Program-made: the position numbers and the translations under genes
The notes under the pieces: model-generated
Told to the model about the DNA's origin: nothing
Seen by the model: only the letters and a program-made list of their open reading frames with translations
Database searches by the model: none
Shown here: positions 48,186 to 54,986 of the stretch, piece after piece
Position numbering within the stretch: position 1 is the stretch's first letter
Layout of the letters: each line of letters opens with the position of its first letter
From: Thermofilaceae archaeon
GTDB lineage: Archaea > Thermoproteota > Thermoprotei > Thermofilales > Thermofilaceae
Assembly (NCBI GenBank): GCA_038727095.1
Contig: JAVYWK010000013.1
Coordinates: forward strand, 1-54,986
Direction of reading: 5' to 3'
Length of the DNA: 54,986 nt

Positions 48186-49029
48186 GATGCCGCGCTCGAT
48201 TCTTCTTGAAATATTCGGGATCAAAAAGTTCACTATCAGCATCGTAGTTATAGCGGCGTTAATTATCGCAGGGCTAGCGGGACCCACCTTATACAAGGTT
48301 GACCCTCTGACAATGAGGTTCGCCCCAGAGCGCCCGCCAAGCTCAGAAAACCCGTTGGGCACTGATACGTACGGTCGAGACGTTCTCGCCCAGCTCCTTC
48401 ACGGGATCAGAATGTCGCTCTACATTGGTGCAACAGCCGCGCTCATCGCCCTGACGATCGGAACGCTGATAGGGGCGGTTGCCGGAGTGAAGGGCGGTTT
48501 GATAGACGACGCTCTGATGGCGGTGACCAACATAGTCATCGCGATGCCGTCAATCCTACTAATGATGCTTATCGCGGCTTACTTCAAGTACCGGGATCCG
48601 ATACTCGTCGCCGTCATAATCGGAGTCACTTCCTGGCCCTGGGTTGCCAGAGCTGTAAGAGCCCAGATGTTGAGCTTGAAAGAGAGGGAGTTCATCTACT
48701 TCTCCCGAATGGCGGGCTACGGTGACTTTAGGATCGCTGTGGAGGACCTGCTGCCCAACCTTGGGGCTTACATCTTCATGGCTTTCGTCCTTCTAATGTC
48801 GGGAGCCATGATAGCTGAGGCCGGTTTAAGCATGATCGGCGTCGGTATTACCCAGGGGACCTCGCTGGGGATCATCCTCTACTGGGCCCAGATGATGGAG
48901 GCAGTACGCAGAGGTTTGTGGTGGTGGTTCCTTCCCCCCGGAGCAGTGCTTGTATCACTAGCGGCGTCCCTGCTGATGATATCGACAGCTCTCGATGAGT
49001 ACTTTAGCCCACGTCTAAAGGAGAGGTGA
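48178..49029 (+). CDS. ABC permease (OppC/DppC type)
   Basis: PLGTDTYGRD, WPWVAR..R.Q.LSL.EREF and WWW..PP. Confidence 0.92.
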   Translation: MSRMPRSILLEIFGIKKFTISIVVIAALIIAGLAGPTLYKVDPLTMRFAPERPPSSENPLGTDTYGRDVLAQLLHGIRMSLYIGATAALIALTIGTLIGAVAGVKGGLIDDALMAVTNIVIAMPSILLMMLIAAYFKYRDPILVAVIIGVTSWPWVARAVRAQMLSLKEREFIYFSRMAGYGDFRIAVEDLLPNLGAYIFMAFVLLMSGAMIAEAGLSMIGVGITQGTSLGIILYWAQMMEAVRRGLWWWFLPPGAVLVSLAASLLMISTALDEYFSPRLKER

Positions 49030-49035
49030 GGGGGC

Positions 49036-50001
49036 ATGCCCCTGCTCCAAGCTGAAGATGTTAAGGCGTACTACGTAACTCGCGCGGGCACTGTCAGGGC
49101 GGTGGACGGAGTTAATCTTGAAGTGGACAGCGACACGGTGCTCGGTGTAGCTGGAGAATCCGGCTGCGGAAAATCGACGCTCATCAACGTGCTGATGATG
49201 AACGTGAGACCCCCGCTCCGCTTCCTCGGGGGTAAAGTCGTGCTTAACGGTCTGACGATCTCCGAGATGGAGAGGGAGAGATTGAAGAGGGATGTGTGGG
49301 GGAAGCTTGTGGCCCTCGTCCCGCAGGCTGCTCTCAACGCGCTTATGCCGACAATGAGGGTGAGGGACTTCGTCATAGACGTTGTTAGGGAGCACCAGGA
49401 ACTGCCTGAAAAGGAGATAGTCGATATGGCGAGGAAGCGTTTCGAGGAGCTGGGTTTGCCTCCGAGCGCTCTCGACTTATACCCACACGAGCTGAGCGGT
49501 GGGATGAGGCAGAGGGCGGTGATCGCTGTTGCAACACTTCTCAACCCGAAGCTCCTCCTGGCGGATGAGGTGACGTCCGCGCTTGACGTGTCGACTCAGA
49601 GGCAGGTACTGGAGCTTCTGATGGATCTCAGAAGGAGAAGATTCATCAGCAGCATCGTTTTCGTGACGCACGACATAGCCGTCCTCAGGCAGATTGCAGA
49701 CGAGATAGCGATCATGTACGCCGGTAAGATCGTTGAAAAGGCTCCAACAGAGGATATCATTCTGGACCCGCTGCACCCCTATACTGCAGCCCTGGTGAAC
49801 TCGGTCCTGACGCCGGAACCCGAGGTCAGAAGAAGGGGTCTCTCCTACCTGCCAGGCGAGCCCCCAAGCCTGATTAACCCTCCACCGGGGTGCCGATTCC
49901 ACCCGCGGTGCCCCAAAGCGATGAGCATATGCTCGAAAGAGGAGCCGAAGCTCGTGAAAGCATCGGGCGGTCGTACGGTCGCCTGCCACCTTTACGGCTA
50001 G
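49036..50001 (+). CDS. ABC ATPase (OppD/DppD type)
   Basis: GESGCGKST, YPHELSGGMRQR and C-terminal GCRFHPRC...C...VACH. Confidence 0.93.
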   Translation: MPLLQAEDVKAYYVTRAGTVRAVDGVNLEVDSDTVLGVAGESGCGKSTLINVLMMNVRPPLRFLGGKVVLNGLTISEMERERLKRDVWGKLVALVPQAALNALMPTMRVRDFVIDVVREHQELPEKEIVDMARKRFEELGLPPSALDLYPHELSGGMRQRAVIAVATLLNPKLLLADEVTSALDVSTQRQVLELLMDLRRRRFISSIVFVTHDIAVLRQIADEIAIMYAGKIVEKAPTEDIILDPLHPYTAALVNSVLTPEPEVRRRGLSYLPGEPPSLINPPPGCRFHPRCPKAMSICSKEEPKLVKASGGRTVACHLYG

Positions 50002-50042
50002 GGGCTTCTCCCGCGACCCTTTGATCCTTGATCAGTTGCATC

Positions 50043-50234
50043 TCACCGGGCTTCCCTCACGATTTTTCTCAGAACGATTACTGTTGCGGCCGCGGTTATC
50101 GTGAAGAGAAACAAAGTTAGTTGGAACTCGAATCTATCAAGCTCTTTCAATGATAAGTAGTAGGCAATGGTTAAAATCTCAAGAATCAGCCCCCATACCA
50201 GGATCGTTAACAGAGGCCTGTAGCGGTAAGCCAT
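50043..50234 (-). CDS. Small two-TM membrane protein (63 aa)
   Basis: Two hydrophobic helices with basic termini; fills the gap between genes. Confidence 0.6.
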   Translation of the reverse strand: MAYRYRPLLTILVWGLILEILTIAYYLSLKELDRFEFQLTLFLFTITAAATVIVLRKIVREAR

Positions 50235-50317
50235 TTCTCGTCGAAAGTTTCGCTGCGCGTCAGTAAAAATGGCTATCGCTACAGGCCACCGGCATAGCGT
50301 GAGATTTTTGAGAGGTG

Positions 50318-50608
50318 ATGGTGCGTAAAGCTGTGGAATTCGGCCCCGATGTCGTTAGGCTGGCGAGGAGGATAGCCTCAAGTTACCCCCTCTACTTTTC
50401 CCGTGACCTCTTAAACTCGGAGGGGAGGAAGGTGTTCGAGGAGATGGCGCGCATGCTGGTGCACGAGCACCCGGAGTTGAAGAAGCTGGTCGTGAGAGTA
50501 CGGCGGAAGCCGACGCTCGATAATGTGATGAGGGTTCTGGAGAGGGTTTTAGGCGAGGAAGCATGGGAGCTCGTCAAGGGCTCGGTAGAGGGTCCCTACA
50601 GGTGGTAA
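50318..50608 (+). CDS. Small helical hypothetical protein
   Basis: GAGGTG SD-like site before the ATG; host codon usage. Confidence 0.7.
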   Translation: MVRKAVEFGPDVVRLARRIASSYPLYFSRDLLNSEGRKVFEEMARMLVHEHPELKKLVVRVRRKPTLDNVMRVLERVLGEEAWELVKGSVEGPYRW

Positions 50609-51053
50609 CCGCTCAATCAAGCTCCAGCATGAAAAACACGCCCTGCACCCCCAGCCCCTCATGTAGGGCACCCCCTGCCTTTCAGCACGAGATTAAGCCG
50701 CTTTACGCCCCTTCTGCCCCTCTCACCCCCATTCAGCGTTTCGACATCCATTCTACTCCCTTAACCTTCCTCCGGAGTATCGGTTTTACAGATAAAGCCA
50801 TCAGGGGCTTTTACTCACCCTAAGTCTTCACGATCTGAGCGTCCAAGGTCGTTCGACGATTAACACGCCCATTTATCGGCGCCTTGAGTACAACGGTATG
50901 ATCTGCAACCGTGTTGGAATGCTCGACATCCGCGTACTGCGGCATCGGGAAACCCGCTGTTTTCGAATGGTGAAAAGATGCTCGGAGAGCCTTAATGCCT
51001 GGGGCGGCTCGGGAGCCTGGATGCGCTCATCTACTCGCTGCTTTTAACCTTCT

Positions 51054-53693
51054 TCATGGCCGCCTGCTTTCGGAGCGGTGTACCCTGTTAATAAGGTACT
51101 TGCCTAACTCGATTACTGCGAGTGGTATGACGATGAAGGGTAGTAGCTCAGCTAGAAGCAGTGGGCTGAGAGGGGCTACTTCGAAGGCTTCAGCTAAAGG
51201 TGGCACATACAGGGGTAGCAGGGAGAGAGTGATGCCTATGATCAAGCTCACGTTCAGCAGCCTGTTGCTCGTTCCCACTTTGAAGAAGGCTCTCCTCTCG
51301 CTCCGGAAGGCCAGCGACCTGAAGATCTCTTCGAGCGTAAAGAAGGCGAAAGCCGCGGAGCGCGCCACGGCAACACCGTGGCCGAGGTAGAGGTATAGTA
51401 GCGCGGTGAGTAGCCCTGCTGTCATGAGGCCGATCCCGGTGTAGGCGCCTATTCGCCTCATCGAGATCAGCCTTTCCCCTCTGCCCCTTGGTGGTCTCTC
51501 CATGATTCCGGGCTCCTCGGGCTCGAGTCCGAGCGCGAAGGCTGGTAGAGCGTCAGTGACGAGGTTGACCCAGAGGATCTGAGCTGCAGTGAGCGGTGTG
51601 GGGAAGCCGAGGAGCTCCGCAGCCATTATGCCGAAGACCTCACCCAGGTTGCAGGAGAGGAGGTAGTCGATCGGCTTCTTGATGTTCTCGTAGATGATTC
51701 TACCCTGCTTCACAGCTTCAACGATGGTGACGTAGTTGTCGTCAGCGAGGACCAGGTCGGAGACTTCCTTCGCGACATCAGTCCCCTTTATCCCCATCGC
51801 GACGCCCACGTCGGCGGCTTTCAGCGCGGGTGCGTCGTTGACGCCGTCGCCCGTCATCGCAACGACGTAGCCCCTCTTCTTCAGGGCGTTAACCAGGCGG
51901 AGCTTGTGCTGCGGCGTTACCCTCGCGAAGACGCTAGCCTCCTCTACCACCCGCTCCAGCTCCTCGTCGCTCATCCTGTCGAGCTCAGCTCCGTTCACAA
52001 CCCTCTCCGACTCGATCCCCACTTCCCTCGCGATGGCAGCCGCCGTCAGCTCGTGGTCTCCCGTCACCATGATCGTCCTGATCCCAGCCCGCTCAGCCGT
52101 CTCAACGGCCTCGCGCACCCCCTCCCTCGGCGGATCGCTGATCGCGAGCACCGCCAGGAACGTCATGTCCCGCTCCACCTCGTCCACCTCCGCCTCCAGG
52201 AGCTCGTTTCCACCAACCCTGTACGCGGCGCCCAGCGTCCTGTAGCCCTGTGCCGCGTAGCTCTCTATCGCCCTCAAGACCTTCTCCTTAAGCTCGTGCG
52301 TGAGAGGCTCAACACGCCCGTCAACCTCGATACTGGAGCAGCGCTCAAGGAGCAGCTCGGGCGCCCCGAAGGACGCTACGAATACTCCACCGTTTGGAAG
52401 CCTGTGGAGCGTGCTCTTCCTCTTCCTCACCCTATCGAAGTGGAGGGTTCTCAGCCTAGTGTAGTCGCCCGCGTCTCGTAGACCGGCCCTAAGGGCCAGC
52501 TCCTTGACAGCGACCTCAGTTGGCTGACCCTTGATGACCAGTCTTCCGCCGGCCTCCTCAACCTTCGCGTCGTTGTAGATGTTGCACATCCACAGCAGTT
52601 TAGACAAGCCGGGGCTCATGAGATCCCCCTCGGCTCTGAGCCCTTCCTCCGCGCTGACGTCGTTTAGGTTTATGTAGATCCTCCTCACCCTCATCTCTCC
52701 CTTCGTGATCGTTCCGGTCTTGTCGCTGCAAATCACATTGCAGGCTCCCAGCGTCTCGATAGCGGCCAACTTCCTGACGATCGCGTTTCGAGAGGCCATC
52801 CTCAAGGCTCCCACAGCTAGGATCGCGGTGGCTATCGCTGGCAGGCCCTCCGGTACAGCCGCAACGGCCAGCGCCGCCGCTAGCAGGAGGGCCTTGACGA
52901 GCTCCGCCCCCCGCATCACAGCAATGAAGAAGACGGCCGCGGAGAGGGCTAGGAGGACAACGCCGATCCACCTCCCGAAGCGGTCGAGCTCCTGCTCGAA
53001 GAGCGTCCTCTCAGCCTCAACCTTCTCGAGGCTCGCCGCGATCTTCCCGAGCTCCGTGCTCATCCCCGTCGCTACAACGACACCGACACCCCTGCCCCTC
53101 ACAACGTAGGTGCCCATGAACGCCATGTTGGTGCGCTCGTAAACCTGAGCATCGGGCGGCAGGACCGCTTCAGGGTTCTTCTCAACGGGGACGCTCTCCC
53201 CGGTGAGGGGGGACTCGTCGACCTCCAGCTCCTCCGCCTCGATCAGCCTCACGTCCGCCGGAACCCTATCCCCCTCCTCCAGTTGAACGATGTCGCCGGG
53301 GACGAGCTCCCTAGCGTCCACCAGCTGCTCCCCGCCGTCCCTGACGACCTTGGCGCGGGGGGAAGCCATCTCCCTCAGCTTCTCCACCGCTTTCTCAGCC
53401 TTGTACTCCTGCATGAAGCCCGCGAACGCCATTAGGAGGAGGATGGCGAAGATCAGGACGGCGTCTACCACCTCGCCCAGGTACAGGGAGAGCAGCGTGG
53501 CTGCTAGGAGGATGTAGACGAGGAAGTTCTGGAACTGCCTGAGGAACATGACCACAGGGTGTACCTTCTTCTCGACCAGCTCGTTCGGCCCGTACTCCCT
53601 AAGCCGCCTTCGAGCCTCCTCGCTGCTGAGCCCCGCCTTGCTGGTGCCAAGCTTCTCTAGAACCTCTTCGATGCTCATCGAGTGCCAGCTCAT
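51054..53693 (-). CDS. P-type ATPase, type IIA (Ca2+-transporting)
   Basis: TGES, VPEGLP, CSDKTGT, GDGVNDAP, NLGE and ILWVNLVTD. Confidence 0.92.
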   Translation of the reverse strand: MSWHSMSIEEVLEKLGTSKAGLSSEEARRRLREYGPNELVEKKVHPVVMFLRQFQNFLVYILLAATLLSLYLGEVVDAVLIFAILLLMAFAGFMQEYKAEKAVEKLREMASPRAKVVRDGGEQLVDARELVPGDIVQLEEGDRVPADVRLIEAEELEVDESPLTGESVPVEKNPEAVLPPDAQVYERTNMAFMGTYVVRGRGVGVVVATGMSTELGKIAASLEKVEAERTLFEQELDRFGRWIGVVLLALSAAVFFIAVMRGAELVKALLLAAALAVAAVPEGLPAIATAILAVGALRMASRNAIVRKLAAIETLGACNVICSDKTGTITKGEMRVRRIYINLNDVSAEEGLRAEGDLMSPGLSKLLWMCNIYNDAKVEEAGGRLVIKGQPTEVAVKELALRAGLRDAGDYTRLRTLHFDRVRKRKSTLHRLPNGGVFVASFGAPELLLERCSSIEVDGRVEPLTHELKEKVLRAIESYAAQGYRTLGAAYRVGGNELLEAEVDEVERDMTFLAVLAISDPPREGVREAVETAERAGIRTIMVTGDHELTAAAIAREVGIESERVVNGAELDRMSDEELERVVEEASVFARVTPQHKLRLVNALKKRGYVVAMTGDGVNDAPALKAADVGVAMGIKGTDVAKEVSDLVLADDNYVTIVEAVKQGRIIYENIKKPIDYLLSCNLGEVFGIMAAELLGFPTPLTAAQILWVNLVTDALPAFALGLEPEEPGIMERPPRGRGERLISMRRIGAYTGIGLMTAGLLTALLYLYLGHGVAVARSAAFAFFTLEEIFRSLAFRSERRAFFKVGTSNRLLNVSLIIGITLSLLPLYVPPLAEAFEVAPLSPLLLAELLPFIVIPLAVIELGKYLINRVHRSESRRP

Positions 53694-53910
53694 GGCCTAG
53701 GGGTAACCGCCGTGCACCTTTTAAGCGCTATCCCTAGGAAACGAAACCATAATACAAGGTAAACTAGCATGAAGGTTATTGGAAAAAACGTTGAGCCGCT
53801 GAACTAGTGAATGGTGAGCTCCTACGCGAACAGCGCCCGTTGAAAAAGCTTCGGGGGCAGTAGCCAAATCAGCAGTCTTAAGCCATAAAAGGCTCCGCCA
53901 GTCACGCTTC

Positions 53911-53977
53911 CAGCGGCTGTGACGATGGAGGTTTCGGCTGACGGGTGATGCCGTTAGTCCCACCGCCTGAGCCGCTG
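53911..53977 (+). ncRNA. Box C/D 2'-O-methylation guide sRNA
   Basis: 8-bp terminal stem CAGCGGCT/AGCCGCTG; C GTGACGA (53919), 12-nt guide, D' CTGA (53938), C' TGATGC (53946), 15-nt guide, D CTGA (53967); AT-rich box about 25-30 nt upstream. Confidence 0.8.
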
Positions 53978-54020
53978 CCTAGCGCGCTCAGATCCGCCCT
54001 CTCGAGTGGCCCCCAAGCGG

Positions 54021-54689
54021 CTAGCTTGGCCCCTCTTTCCGGGCCATCGCCCGCTTCACTGTCCGGGTCAAGCTCTCAATCGCTCTCCTCCACTCCTCCT
54101 CTGTCGCTTCCCGGTAGATCATCTCGTAGCGGCCGTGCACTTTGCGGGCGCGAACCTTGAGGTACAGCCTCCCACTCCTGCTCGCGAAGATCGTACAGTA
54201 GGTGAGGAGGCAGATGATAGGCTTGCAGCTCCTCCCGTAGCTCTCCAGCTGGCAACTCCGCTGCTTAACGTTGAAGAAGATGCCCCTTCCCGCAGGACCC
54301 GTGCCGAGCTCGTAGACCCGCACGAGCCCCCTCACGGTCTCCACAAGGCGGCTTGGCTGCGCCTCAATCCTCTGCCTCACTTCGCTCGGCAGCTTGCGGA
54401 TTTCGACGTCCAGCACGAAGGCGCCGCTGAAGACCGCGCAGCATCGACCGCAGCCTTTCGGGCACTCCACCCTGTATGATGCTTCGATGACCGAGGGATC
54501 GACCCTCTCGAAGACGGACTCGTCGAGCCTAGCATCGGGAGGGACCTTGAAGACTGCGAGCAGCCTGCGCAGCTGCGGGTTGTAGTAGACGCCGATCAAG
54601 CTACCCTTGAGCCGCGCCGCCTCCCTCAGGCAAAGGAGGTTCCGCGCCTCGCTCCCCCCGGGCTCCCTCAGCGCAAGGTAGATCGGCAT
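54021..54689 (-). CDS. YkgJ/CxxCxxCC cysteine-cluster protein
   Basis: CPKGCGRCC and C.L......KPIIC motifs. Confidence 0.78.
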   Translation of the reverse strand: MPIYLALREPGGSEARNLLCLREAARLKGSLIGVYYNPQLRRLLAVFKVPPDARLDESVFERVDPSVIEASYRVECPKGCGRCCAVFSGAFVLDVEIRKLPSEVRQRIEAQPSRLVETVRGLVRVYELGTGPAGRGIFFNVKQRSCQLESYGRSCKPIICLLTYCTIFASRSGRLYLKVRARKVHGRYEMIYREATEEEWRRAIESLTRTVKRAMARKEGPS

Positions 54690-54736
54690 CGGGGAGCCGG
54701 TAACCGGCCAACTTCAACTTTTCAGCAGGAGGGCAG

Positions 54737-54986
54737 CTAGATCACCTCCGGGAAGTACCTACGTTCGATCTCTCCGGGCTTCTCCCTCAGCATCCTGACG
54801 GCCGCCGGCAGCTGGGAAAGAATATCGTCCGGCGTGACACCGTCCTCGCCCAGCTGCTCGGCCGCTAGATCGCCCGCTAGCCCGTGGACGAGGACGCCCA
54901 TCCGAGCCGCCAGCCCGGGATCTCTGAAGCCGATGCCCCACATCGCCGCTATCGTGCCTGTGAGAACGTCGCCGGAGCCCGCCTTC
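54737..54986 (-). CDS. nnr: NAD(P)H-hydrate dehydratase (YjeF C-terminal domain), 5'-truncated by the window edge
   Basis: Reads [15 protein letters not shown]...HGLAGDLAA; the frame runs off the window end. Confidence 0.88.
   Translation of the reverse strand, partial: KAGSGDVLTGTIAAMWGIGFRDPGLAARMGVLVHGLAGDLAAEQLGEDGVTPDDILSQLPAAVRMLREKPGEIERRYFPEVI

Noticed and set aside
50609-51053. 445-bp gap as a pseudogene or ncRNA
   Set aside because: No recognisable reading frame, box motifs or repeats.

Overview
GC-rich, gene-dense archaeal DNA. TATA-type promoters with leaderless starts, a class I LysRS, box C/D sRNAs and a 25-nt GAAAG-ending CRISPR repeat point to a hyperthermophilic Thermoproteota; Thermofilaceae is my inference. 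The window holds a glycan/peptide catabolism cluster (GH16-like, esterase, VOC, GH130, C69 peptidase, GH3, UroD-like), rpiA, an orphan CRISPR array (36 repeats, 35 spacers, no cas genes), a heterodimeric ABC exporter with PAP2 and CPBP genes, an IMPase, a VapBC pair, asd, two P-type ATPases (IIIA H+ and IIA Ca2+), lysS, an Fbp/Afu-type ABC importer with a surface phosphoesterase, an Opp/Dpp-type importer and a SAMP-like protein. The best candidate for an undescribed system is a five-gene cassette (11029-14756): a secreted 6-Cys small protein, a large membrane-anchored partner, a small membrane protein and an ABC-2 transporter. An apparently paralogous two-gene module sits at 2206-3542. Both look like archaeocin/immunity or secreted-signal modules. 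Features absent from the ORF track include two box C/D sRNA candidates, a 43-aa membrane peptide gene, a shared C-terminal anchor module and a mirror-image strand skew centred on the CRISPR array. All family calls rest on motif recognition, not database searches.
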